A DNA stretch of 64,000 nt from Corallochytrium limacisporum Hawaii (lineage: Eukaryota; Protista; Pluriformea): assembly GCA_002811645.1 (NCBI GenBank), contig PDIP01000007.1, forward strand, positions 62,001 through 126,000, read 5' to 3'. The translations under genes were made by a program, and so were the position numbers. The notes under the pieces were generated by a model. The model was not told the origin of the DNA. It saw nothing but the letters and a program-made list of their open reading frames with translations, and made no database searches. Numbering within the stretch: position 1 is the first letter of the stretch; each line of letters opens with the position of its first letter. This document shows positions 10,402-20,986 of the stretch, piece after piece.

Positions 10402-12069
10402 ATGGCTTTTGCACGACCCAGGAAGGCCGAGTTACAGAGGCCTCAACGGCGACTGAAGAAGGATCAGCCCTACGCACCCAAGATCATGTATGACCTGAAC
10501 GGAAGACGAATTCGCAATACCACAAAACTGACTGTCAATTCGGGATCCGGACATTCTGAGAACATGCAGGGCACAAGAGGTCAACAGAAGACACGAAGTA
10601 ATGCGATTCTGCATAAGAGCAGGTCTCAGACAACTAAGAAACAGATTACAGAAACGAAAGAGGCACAGAAAGAAGCTGTGCGAAGTCGAGAAGGGCACCG
10701 CAGGGACATGATGGCTGCAGAGCTAAACTCCCTCCTGCAGGACCCTGACCTTGTCGCAAAGTTGATGGAACAATTGGATATCAAGGCTGGTCGCGTCCCA
10801 ACCCCTAAGGTGCCACCGAAGCAGGTACATCACCAAGACGAGACAGGTAACAGAGTATATGAACAGTCTCGTTCCACAGCTGAGGACCGTCGTCCTGCTG
10901 AACTGGCAGCAAAGAGTGAGGAGGAGACTATGCGGGAGGCTATACGGGAGGCAATGCGTGATTTTGAAATGAAGGCAGCGACCATCAAATATGAAAATGA
11001 TGTCCGTGCAGCTGCGTCATCTTCCATGGGTGGCTACATTGCTTCCGATACACTGAAATCACATCAGGCCCCAGACTTGCAAGAACAGGGTTGGAGATAC
11101 GTTGATGACTGGCCCCATGAGCTGGCCAAGTATATGGACAAGCGGGAGCTTGAGAAGGCAAAGTTGGAAGAGAAGCTTGCCGGGGGCTTCAATGTCTTCT
11201 TTCACGGTCAGCAGTTCCGGCCACAGGGGCGGTCATTGGAAACTGGTGACCAACAAGCTCACAAATCGTTAGCTTCAACGACATCACCGCATCAAGAGTT
11301 TGGTACCACTATCACGGGCGACAAGGGATATCCTGCGGCACCCACACGAGGATACAGGAGATATCGGGATCCGGCTGAAGTGGAAGCGGAGGTGGTGAGG
11401 CGTCACAAGGCTGAGGACCTAAGACTGGCTCTACAAGGACAGATCCAGGAGCGGGAACGCCAGAAGGCTGCACAGAAAAAGAAAAGGGAAATGGAAGAAC
11501 GGCGCGACAACGAGCGCATCGCCGCCGAGCTTCGTGCGATTGAAGAAGAAAATCGGATGGAGCGGAAGCGTCAGGAAGCAGAGAAGGAGCGTAAGCGTGT
11601 CATGATGGAAGCCGCACGGAGTCGCAAAGAGGCGGCGGCCGCCTTAGCGGCCCGTCGAGAGGCCGAGGAGGAAGAACGATGGCGCCGGCAGGAGCTCATT
11701 GAAAGAGAACGGGATCGTCAACGTAGAGACCCCAGTGACAACAGAGTTCCCGCATCTTTACAGCACAATTTGGTATTAGAAGATACTACACAACCTCGTA
11801 GCTCTCGTGAGGGTACAAACGAGATGCAAGATTCGTCCATATCAGGGGCTTTATCCAGGAACCATGTGCCTGGTACTGGACACGGCACTGGAGATCTGAA
11901 TGAAGCCACGCGTGGCCATCTGTCGCAGCATTCTATGGAGCAACAGCATATGCAACTAGCCGCACACCAAGCTCAGGGGCAAGACCAGAGTTTGGAAGCC
12001 CTGGCCCAGATTGCAGCCATCAAGAAATCTCTGCAGATTCAGCGCGTGGCTATCGTGAACCATCGGTAG
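10402..12069 (+). CDS. Uncharacterised coiled-coil protein, possibly CCDC66/CSPP1-like
   Basis: 555-aa ORF; charged helix LRLALQGQIQERERQK...EERRDNERI resembles the CCDC66/CSPP1-type motif. Family assignment is weak. Confidence 0.65.
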   Translation: MAFARPRKAELQRPQRRLKKDQPYAPKIMYDLNGRRIRNTTKLTVNSGSGHSENMQGTRGQQKTRSNAILHKSRSQTTKKQITETKEAQKEAVRSREGHRRDMMAAELNSLLQDPDLVAKLMEQLDIKAGRVPTPKVPPKQVHHQDETGNRVYEQSRSTAEDRRPAELAAKSEEETMREAIREAMRDFEMKAATIKYENDVRAAASSSMGGYIASDTLKSHQAPDLQEQGWRYVDDWPHELAKYMDKRELEKAKLEEKLAGGFNVFFHGQQFRPQGRSLETGDQQAHKSLASTTSPHQEFGTTITGDKGYPAAPTRGYRRYRDPAEVEAEVVRRHKAEDLRLALQGQIQERERQKAAQKKKREMEERRDNERIAAELRAIEEENRMERKRQEAEKERKRVMMEAARSRKEAAAALAARREAEEEERWRRQELIERERDRQRRDPSDNRVPASLQHNLVLEDTTQPRSSREGTNEMQDSSISGALSRNHVPGTGHGTGDLNEATRGHLSQHSMEQQHMQLAAHQAQGQDQSLEALAQIAAIKKSLQIQRVAIVNHR

Positions 12070-12704
12070 CGCCAACTGAGGCATCATAAATTTACCTTCT
12101 ACTTCTGTTTTGGCTGTAGATTTTCGTTCACTCGTGCTCGCAGTACACAGTGGTCGTCCCCCTCCAGTAGAAATGTAGCTTCTCATGTTGCTGGGGCGGT
12201 ATGCTCATACGCATAGCCCATGGTGACGTATTGAACAATCCCCATTCAAAACCAATCCGATAAAGCTGCAATCTCTGCCCACCTGTTCCCAACAGTCCCA
12301 AGAACCGCCGTGGGTTTGAAAAGCCTGCTTACACCGGAACCCACAGAAAACGGGCATCTCTACAAATAGAATGAATGAGAATGCTCGGTTTGAATCAGTA
12401 CTGAGCGTACCCTTTCACATTTCTGAGCACGGTGGTGTTCTGGGTCCAAGCACATCAACCAGAAAAACCTCACTGAATATCGATCTCTCTCTTCCTGTGT
12501 ACACGGGGACCCATGGAACCCCAGGAAACAAGCAGCGGTCAGTAGCGTTTCGATTACGTCGTTGATGGCTTCTGTGTGGAGGCTCTCTCTCCGTAAAGAA
12601 CCAATTCCGCCTTGCTGGTTTTCCTGCACAGAGATCTGTGTTTACTTGTCCCGCCAACGTACCATTCTCCATCGGTAGTAGTGTCAAACCTTAGCCACCG
12701 ACAA

Positions 12705-12736
12705 CCCCGCCCTCTGATTGGCCAGAAGCGCGGGAG
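12705..12736. promoter_or_regulatory. GC-box / CCAAT-box / E2F-like cluster
   Basis: CCCCGCCC (12705-12712), CTGATTGGCC (inverted CCAAT, 12714-12723) and GCGCGGGA within 32 bp. Confidence 0.35.
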
Positions 12737-15500
12737 TTCCGGTCGCTACGGAGAGTGCCCCTAATGACAGACCAACTGGCCCCGCCGCGCCCCGTGAGGG
12801 ACAGAGGGCGAAGGGAAAAGGTTTCGGGGACGGACCGGTTCGTGAGCAGGAGGTGCGTTTTGCAACAAACACATTGCTACCGTTTCTTGTTCTGAACAAG
12901 AGTGCATGCTACAGTACATTCACAACATCCATGGCTGGCTATAGATGTCACAGCAGGAGAGAACAAGCTAGTGAAATTGGATGGAATGGCCCAGAGCGAC
13001 CATTTGCTTATAGTTATACCGGCCATTGATCATCACTAAAACGCCTACGAAGATGTTTGTAAACATTCTATGGAGTCCACAAATACTCAAGAAGCAAGGG
13101 CCACGCATGCTGCCATGTAAGGGTAAGCCAGCCAACTAGGAAAAGAAAGACTTCCTTGACATGCTAGTACATCCCGCAGTACACGGAACTAAGGCATGCC
13201 TAATGGATCATTGCAGCAAAGTGAGTTAGGCATACCCCTGTACCATCGACATCAAGCTGTGTACCGCCAAAGACTGCAGAGATCGCAAGGAAACACCAAT
13301 AGGTTTGACGAACCGCCACCATGGTGGTGCACACAGGAGTGAAGAAAATTTTTATCGATACTCTCCTGTGGCTCGTTCACCCTCAATCGCCCGTCGTCGT
13401 CTCCACCAGATCGCGCACACTCACTATAGCAGAATGATCGCCTCCAAAACCAAACGGACAAGGATTGGACAGAGTTGTGAGCGATTCTTGGCTTTACCAA
13501 GCAGTAAACTTCTGAATTGGACAGGGCCGAAAGGAGAGAGTTCAGTGCAAAACGACATCGCGGGACCATAGGCCTACCCTCTGATCTCCCATAGCTAAAG
13601 TAAATTTTTGCAGGAACCCATGCCACACAAATTGAGCCTCAGCGATGGGTGTAATTTTCGATATCTTCTGAGCCTTAGAAACTCACAGCGACCTATCTTC
13701 TCTACGAAAACAGTGCATTTAGTTTGCGCACAGCTTCCCTAGAAACAGAAAATCGTAGAAAGACATATCTCGCCGGCTGGAACAAACCAAACCTGCTCAT
13801 CTGGACTTTGTCCGTGGGTGAAGGTCATTTCTACCGGTTTGAACTTGACGGGCACCCGAATGGTCGACTCACAATTGATGCCGAAGCTGTTAGGTTGATA
13901 ATGCATGCTGTTCAGTGGGGTAAAGTCCAGGCACTGTCACCACTGGGGAACGCGTGCCTGTGCTTGTCTGATCATCGGTGCACATGCACAACCTCCCACT
14001 TGTGCCCTAGAGTGGGGATACATGCGAGAAATCGCAACTCCTGGAGGACTGAACATCCCAGGCCATGCTACGCCCCCAGCTGTTCAATGGCTGAATAAGT
14101 CACCGGCCATCTGTTAAAGTCTGATGGTGTCGCAAGAATAGTATATGGAAGTGTGTTGTGGCCTGCACCTTCCCCCTACTCCTTTTCTCCCTTCAGCCCG
14201 TTGATTTTCTCCATGGATACCCTAGAGACTGCTACTGAAGGTATGGGACAAAATCCTTGTGGTGTTATCCACCCACCCCCACCACTTATTTCTACCAGCA
14301 ATCCCCTACCCCGCTACTACCGGTGGTCCATCGAACGCTGTTCTTTTTTTGACCGCCATTGGATCGAATCAATGGGCACGGGACCGGACCGGTGCCGGTT
14401 TTGGTTTTCGTTACAGTGGAAAATGTACGAGACGCCGCCCGTTCGGACTTCCTTATATTCTGTTGCGAAAGGAGACCACCCCCCCCGGGGGGGGGGGGTT
14501 GAAGGGGCGCCGTCCCTCCCCGGTGGGAGGGCAAGGGAAATTAAGGGCCGGAAAACGAAAGGGGAGAGGCGTGGTTTTCAAGTCGTGAACAGGCAAGCAA
14601 TCGATTGCTGCTGCACCTGCGGCTCAGACGGATGTTTCCTTTTGTTTTCCTTCCCCTTGGTCTCCTCCGCGCACGAATTACTTCCCCCGGGGTGGTTTGA
14701 GGATGTGTGCCGCTGTGGGGGTGGGGGGGGGTGGGAGCGCGGTTAGAACGTTTTGTACCGAAAGTGAATATTCTCCGTTCCGTTCAGTTGAAAACTTCCT
14801 CCGATGTGCACGGACCGCTCGAGAAATGGAGGAGGGACCCCCCCGGGGGGGGGGAAGGGGAAACTTGGGTGAGACCCATCGTAGAGACAGGCGCCACGAT
14901 ACGGTCCCTGGAGGGTTCTCAGGGGGCTGTCATGCAAATCTCGAGAAAATTTACTTTATTTTAGTATAGAAATCGGCACGGCCTCGCCCGATTGACGTAT
15001 CGAATCCAGGGACGGCATATCGCACCGCAGCCGCGAATTTGTGTGGACGGTTTTAAAGGGTGAAGAGGCGGCAAGGGTTGAAGGGAAGGCTTTGTTCTGT
15101 ATTTGTGCTACGGGTGTGAAGCCAGCTCAAGTTGGCAATCGTGTCGCCCAGGGACAGAAATTTCCTGCTTTTCTTTTGTTGGAAACTAGAAACTTGCTAT
15201 ATCTATAACCGAAATGGCAAATAGTCATTCCTTATTATATGGAGAAAGCATCCTTCAAAGTACAATGAGATCGTATGAGAAGTTAGAAGGTATCTGGAGG
15301 ATGATAAGCTGACAGCTAAGTAAGGCCATCTACTCACATATTTACATGCACATAAAGAAGACCTGGGAGTGATTACGACCGGGCCAACAAGTAGGGTATT
15401 GAAGAACAGGAGACAAGAGTACTACATAATGTGTTAAAGTGAATCGCGTGTTTGTATGGGATAGGTTTTATTTTGACATGCATATTGTAAAGTCGGGATA

Positions 15501-17264
15501 ATGACAAACGATACCTCTTCCGTATTGGTACGGAAAATCACAGACGGGAAGTGTGAGGTAACGAACAGCCTGGAATCCGCTTCTGTCGCTCGTAATGCGA
15601 GCTATGCGAAGGCCATTGGGTCCTCAGAGGCGTTGTCAAACGCAGTAAAGACCGGTCTAAACGGGTCCGTGGCATCCCTGAACTCTATTCCTATTCTGAA
15701 ATGCTATGAAAAGGAGGATACGCCGGACTTGCAGGGAAAGATCTGGTCGATGGAAGTACCTGAGGAGGTCCTCATCATGCTCGATAAGCGTGACATTAAG
15801 AGGCAAGAAATCATTTTCGAGACCGTTCAAACTGAGCAGAACTATGTGCGGGACCTGAAGACTCTGAAGGCAGTATTCATTGACCGCTTGCAGGCCTCAG
15901 ATGTCGTCAGTCGCTTTGAACTTGACGGAATCTTTGCAAACGTTCTCGATCTGCTGCCGGTTCACGAAAAGATGTTGTACCATATGACAAATCGGCAGCG
16001 GGAGTCTGCAGTCGTTCACCGCATTGCTGACATCTTTGCTGATGTGCTTCCCATTTTTGAAAAGAGATATGCGACGTACGTACAAAATCGCAAGAACGCA
16101 ACATCCTTGATTGCCAAACTCATGAAAAACAAAAAGAAGTTTAAGGAGCTTATCAAGGATTGTTCGGAAGACCCACGCTGCAAGAAACTAGACATGGAGA
16201 GCTTCTTGGCAGCACCCTTCCATCGCATCACAAAATATCCTCTTCTTCTTCGGAATCTCCAGAAGGTTACCCCCGAGGATAACCCTGACTTTGAAACACT
16301 GACAACTATCCTGGAACACCTGGATACTATTGTCTCAATATCAAACGAAATGACTTCATTCACCAGCTCAATTCAGAAGCTCGTGGAATTACAGAGCCGA
16401 TTGGTCTTGACCGAAACGGATTCAAATGTCCCCCGTGATTGGACGTTGGTTACTTCATCACGGCGGCTCATCTTTGATGCTACTGCCAACGTATGGAAGG
16501 TCAATTTACTGGAGCCGAAGAAGTTTTCTGAGGTTCAAATTTTCCTCCTGAATGACATGCTGTGCATGTTCAGGGAGCTCAAGAAGGGGGATAAAGTGAC
16601 ACTGTTTGCCGATCCGCTGGATCTAAACAAAGTCATTGCCCGGGACCCTGCTACTGGTGTAGAACACATGGTGAACCGCAGTCTAGCCACAGCAAAGTCA
16701 TCGGTCCCCAATGATTCCAGGAAAGCAAATCGGGCCACTCTCCCCAGTAACAAATTGGCCAAGGTTCTAGGTCTTGCCGACGAAGAAGGCGAGGGCAATG
16801 AGCACACTGATGGTGGCCGAAGCAAGCGGGACCGTGTTCGCAGTGTATCAGAAAATGACATGGCCATTAACAATCAAACGCGGGAGCGGTTCGCCTCCTC
16901 TACACGCATGAGCAACTTGAGTCCTAAGATCCTCCGAAACTTTGGGCGTTCTGACAAGGCCCCTATCACCGGAAAGAAGCAGCATGTGTTCGTCATTGAA
17001 CATGTCATCAGTGCACTTGAGCGAACTACATTCGAAATTGTCGTAGACACCGAATTCGACAAGAGCCTGTGGATGAAGAATCTGAGGGACTCTATGCAAC
17101 GTCTGCGCCGCTCCCAACATGCATCACAGAAGTCCCTTCAGGAGACCGAGGCTGAGCACAGTAATGAGGACAGCGATGCGCAGCAGCTGAGCGATCCTGC
17201 CACCGATGTCGGAAACTCTCTGGAAAGCCTGGATGATCAAAGCATCGATGCCACCCCGGTGTAA
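15501..17264 (+). CDS. Dbl-family RhoGEF (DH + interrupted PH)
   Basis: KRQEIIFETVQTEQNYVRDL and FLAAPFHRITKYPLLL mark the DH domain; PH strands (IFLLNDML; FEIVVDTEFDKSLW) are separated by an insert. Confidence 0.92.
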   Translation: MTNDTSSVLVRKITDGKCEVTNSLESASVARNASYAKAIGSSEALSNAVKTGLNGSVASLNSIPILKCYEKEDTPDLQGKIWSMEVPEEVLIMLDKRDIKRQEIIFETVQTEQNYVRDLKTLKAVFIDRLQASDVVSRFELDGIFANVLDLLPVHEKMLYHMTNRQRESAVVHRIADIFADVLPIFEKRYATYVQNRKNATSLIAKLMKNKKKFKELIKDCSEDPRCKKLDMESFLAAPFHRITKYPLLLRNLQKVTPEDNPDFETLTTILEHLDTIVSISNEMTSFTSSIQKLVELQSRLVLTETDSNVPRDWTLVTSSRRLIFDATANVWKVNLLEPKKFSEVQIFLLNDMLCMFRELKKGDKVTLFADPLDLNKVIARDPATGVEHMVNRSLATAKSSVPNDSRKANRATLPSNKLAKVLGLADEEGEGNEHTDGGRSKRDRVRSVSENDMAINNQTRERFASSTRMSNLSPKILRNFGRSDKAPITGKKQHVFVIEHVISALERTTFEIVVDTEFDKSLWMKNLRDSMQRLRRSQHASQKSLQETEAEHSNEDSDAQQLSDPATDVGNSLESLDDQSIDATPV

Positions 17265-17823
17265 CTGACTGTTCAACTCATCCCAATCATTGATCCATAA
17301 CGTCTTCAAACCATCAAACTATGTGTCTTTATATCCGTAACCGAGAGTCTGTTCATATAAGATAAATGTTAAAGGAATCGATATACTTTTCAATCGCCTT
17401 GTAATTCCGTGCCTTCCATGCTTTTTTGGCTCATTTCCGCAGACGTGCTGCCCCGCCCGCTCAGGCGCTCAGTTCACTTGTCCTTTTCTCACTCGCTCCA
17501 ACAAAAGCGGAAAAAGGGGAAGCGGAGAGGAGGGCGAAGCCTCGTGATGTCAGGCCCTCCTCCACATTGACCCTCCCTGTTCGCTGCCCCCCAGCTGACA
17601 GTGGAGAAGAATGGGAAGGAGGGGGGTCTCCCACCCTCATTGTACGAAGTATCACAAACGAGGATGAGGCCAGGTACTTGGTGTTTGGCGATGGTGTTCC
17701 CAGTTTGAGCTGTACTAAAGCATCCGATAAATATACAGATAACCTCGAGGGTCTACGAGAGCGTCACGGCCAGGGTAGTATGGTTGGAGAGACGGACTAG
17801 GATACCAGATCGTTCACATAGGT

Positions 17824-20800
17824 ATGTCGAATTCTTTGGCAGATAGGTGTGATACCTATCTTAAAGCACAGAACGATGAGCTTCGAAAGATTGCACTCAC
17901 GGACATCATGCAAATGATTGCACCTCTGCCTTCTCCCATGCTGGAGTTAGTGAAGGCATTAGAAGGACCATTGATTAGCGAAGACAGTGAGCGCCGGAAG
18001 AAGGGAATCTCACTATTGTCCGAGGTGACAGTGGAGTACGCAAGCGCGGGAATGAAGTTGCAGGATGCCAATCAGTTATTCAAATTCTTCACAGACCGAC
18101 TTCAAGACTCTGGAAACCAGACCGAGTGTTTATTGGCTTTGGGTGCACTTGCGAGGTGTAGAGTCCCACTCTCCTACGATGTTCTCGAAGAAGCGTGTTC
18201 CATGATTTTCAAAGAAGTTCAAGTGCAGTCATTCCCGCAAAATGTGCGCTCCGGCACGTTTGCTGTAATCAATGAGGTGGTTCGGAAGTACAGTCGCCAG
18301 CTTGCTGAAGATAAGGGCGAGTCGTTTGTTGTAGGAACAGTGTTGGCATTTGATGGTGAAAAGGATCCTCGTAATCTGATCCTCCTCTTTAATTTGGTTC
18401 AGTCAATCTGCCAGAGCTTTAACATTGCCGGTGTCTACGAGGAGCTTTTTGAGGTCATTGCATGCTATTTCCCCATCACATTCAACCCGCCTCCGAATGA
18501 TCCTCGTGGAATTACGAAGCAGGAGCTCATCGAGGGCCTTAGAAACGCAATGAGTGCGAGCATGCATTTCGTCCCCTTGATCACTGACCTTCTTCAGGAA
18601 AAGATTGAGTCAAATATTGTCGGAACAAAGAAGGACGCCATTGATACCTTTAATCATTGTGTCAGTCTTGTGGGTGTTGGTTCGGATGGCTTTGACCATC
18701 AACCATTCTGGAAGCGGATCCGTGAAGAAATGTACTACGAGCGAATTGAGCCAGAACTACTAGACAGCTGCATCCAGAGTGCTGAAAGTATTGCTCGGGG
18801 CATCAGTGTCACGTCAGAAGAACGGCTGTCCGGGAGCCGGGAGTCTTGGATGCATAATTTCTTACACCCTATCTTGCTAGAGGCTACCACGCAAATTATT
18901 GAGATGGTCGAGGGACGCAAGGATATTGGGGCTCGAATTCTTCCAGCTCTCACTGGATCATGTCCTGAGGCTGCGTCCTACACATTCCGGGAGGCCTTGC
19001 CAATTTTCATCGCACACTATCAGGACAATGTGACGGCTAGACTTTTGATCATTGAGACCATGATCCACATGATCAATAACACAGACTTAAGCAAGGCAGC
19101 CACCAAGGCCTCAGTACAGGGTTTCGCACCGAAACTGTTTGAACTCTTTACAACAGCTCTCCTGGAAACGGAAACGCAGTACAAGATCTTTGGATTGACT
19201 GGCTTGGGCCTTATGGTGCAGGCGGGAGACCTCATCAATACGTATGAATCGGAGATGGCAATGGATACAATCATTAGGTCGTCTCTCCATGAAGACTCTG
19301 TGAATGTCCGCAAGGCTGGTCTTCGAGAACTGAAGGGTCTTTTGCCCGCCTTCAGTAAGCAAATTATCCCTCTATGCTTGGACGATCTGCGAGAGATGAC
19401 ACACGGTGATACTACCATGGGAAAGTACCATGTTGCGTTCCTTAACCTATGCTTGCTGGTCAGTGTAGGTGAGGAAGAGTTTAGCATGGTCATGTCCCTT
19501 GCAACCGGGGCGCTCGAGAATCTGAAGGTGATGCTTGGCCAAGAAAAGTCATCCTATGAAGATGCTAGTAACGTGCTCAATGTTTTCGTTACCGCTCTGG
19601 AAAAGCTGTTAGAAAACACCGCCTCAGAGCGAAAGGCTATCATTGTAGACACGGTTATCTCCCCGACAATGCCTATTCTTGCCAGTATCGGCGCATACAT
19701 TGCTGGTATGGACGCTGCTGCCCGCCAGAATGCAGTTGGTCTGAGCAAGTACTTAAAGGAATCTTCTGCTCTGGTGCGCCTCCTGGTCAGCAATGCCAGT
19801 GTCACAGTGCAGGCAAACATTGCGGATCAGGTATTTAGAGCGCTCTTGGGAGATGAAACTATCTATTTTGAATCTGTTAGGAAGACGTACGCTGTGCTCA
19901 CGAATGGCGAGCATGACTGCCTCAACGAGACTCCGGTGTGGGAATTCCATCTCGCTGCAATTGGATCAATCAAACCGGAGATTAAGCTGGACTTTTCGGC
20001 TGAACTGTGCAATTTATGCCTCAAGAGTTTGAATCGCCTCCATGCTGCTGATCGGGTGGTGGTATGCAAAATAGTGGCTTCTCTGGTAAACAAGCATTGC
20101 GGTGATACTAACGAGACACAGCTCACATCCGACTGGCTAAAGACCACGTTTAACAAGCTCGAGTCACAGATCACCGGAAACGATCAGGGCTCCCGTCTGG
20201 CGCATCTCCAGGCCTGGACTTGGATTACCAAGGCACTTGCAATGCGCTACCACTCTGAACGTCAAACCTGTACCGATAAGCTCATCACCTGGATCGACGA
20301 CCCTGCCATTGGCAATGCCGCAGCCGAAGGCTTCCACATTCTCATGTCGGACTATGAAGACTGCCTGACGAAACAGATGCACGCCATCGTCAAAAAATTC
20401 TACAAGCAGCGCGTCTTCAACAGCTGTGCCCCAGTACTGATGCAGAACTACGAAAAAGCGGATGAGGATCATCAAATGCGGTACGTCGCTGCCCTTAGTG
20501 TGATGTTGCAGCACATCCCGCGCAGTGTGCTCATGGAGCAGCTCGACAAGGTCTTTCCCCTTGTCTTGCGCTCCCTAAGCTATCCAGAATCGACCTTGAA
20601 GATTAACACCCTAAAGCTTTTGCAGAATTTGACCGGAGAGGCTGTGAGCTTCATCGAAGATAACTTCTCTGACATCATGGAAGCTATTCTCGACCTTACA
20701 TCGTATACTGGCATGGACAAAGCCATGCTTGTGCGGATCTCTGCCCTGGAGGTGATCGGTAGCTTTGTTACACTTCCCTCTCATTTGACCACGCCGTGGA

Positions 20801-20901
20801 AGCGCCGAATTCTGCAGGCCGCCGGAAAAGCACTGGATGATCCCAAGCGCCTGGTCCGTAAGGCTGCCCAGGAGTGCCGTTCACAGTGGTACCTCCTCTA
20901 A
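17824..20901 (+). CDS. MMS19: MMS19 cytosolic Fe-S assembly component
   Basis: DGEKDPRNL, ELFEVIACYFPITFNPPPND, C-terminal LDDPKRLVRKAAQECRSQW. Confidence 0.95.
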   Translation: MSNSLADRCDTYLKAQNDELRKIALTDIMQMIAPLPSPMLELVKALEGPLISEDSERRKKGISLLSEVTVEYASAGMKLQDANQLFKFFTDRLQDSGNQTECLLALGALARCRVPLSYDVLEEACSMIFKEVQVQSFPQNVRSGTFAVINEVVRKYSRQLAEDKGESFVVGTVLAFDGEKDPRNLILLFNLVQSICQSFNIAGVYEELFEVIACYFPITFNPPPNDPRGITKQELIEGLRNAMSASMHFVPLITDLLQEKIESNIVGTKKDAIDTFNHCVSLVGVGSDGFDHQPFWKRIREEMYYERIEPELLDSCIQSAESIARGISVTSEERLSGSRESWMHNFLHPILLEATTQIIEMVEGRKDIGARILPALTGSCPEAASYTFREALPIFIAHYQDNVTARLLIIETMIHMINNTDLSKAATKASVQGFAPKLFELFTTALLETETQYKIFGLTGLGLMVQAGDLINTYESEMAMDTIIRSSLHEDSVNVRKAGLRELKGLLPAFSKQIIPLCLDDLREMTHGDTTMGKYHVAFLNLCLLVSVGEEEFSMVMSLATGALENLKVMLGQEKSSYEDASNVLNVFVTALEKLLENTASERKAIIVDTVISPTMPILASIGAYIAGMDAAARQNAVGLSKYLKESSALVRLLVSNASVTVQANIADQVFRALLGDETIYFESVRKTYAVLTNGEHDCLNETPVWEFHLAAIGSIKPEIKLDFSAELCNLCLKSLNRLHAADRVVVCKIVASLVNKHCGDTNETQLTSDWLKTTFNKLESQITGNDQGSRLAHLQAWTWITKALAMRYHSERQTCTDKLITWIDDPAIGNAAAEGFHILMSDYEDCLTKQMHAIVKKFYKQRVFNSCAPVLMQNYEKADEDHQMRYVAALSVMLQHIPRSVLMEQLDKVFPLVLRSLSYPESTLKINTLKLLQNLTGEAVSFIEDNFSDIMEAILDLTSYTGMDKAMLVRISALEVIGSFVTLPSHLTTPWKRRILQAAGKALDDPKRLVRKAAQECRSQWYLL

Positions 20902-20986
20902 AGTATGATCACAGGCATTCCTTGTCCATGAAATAGAAAGAATGGGACCGGATCCATTTGATAGTGATAAAGTACATATTTATTCT

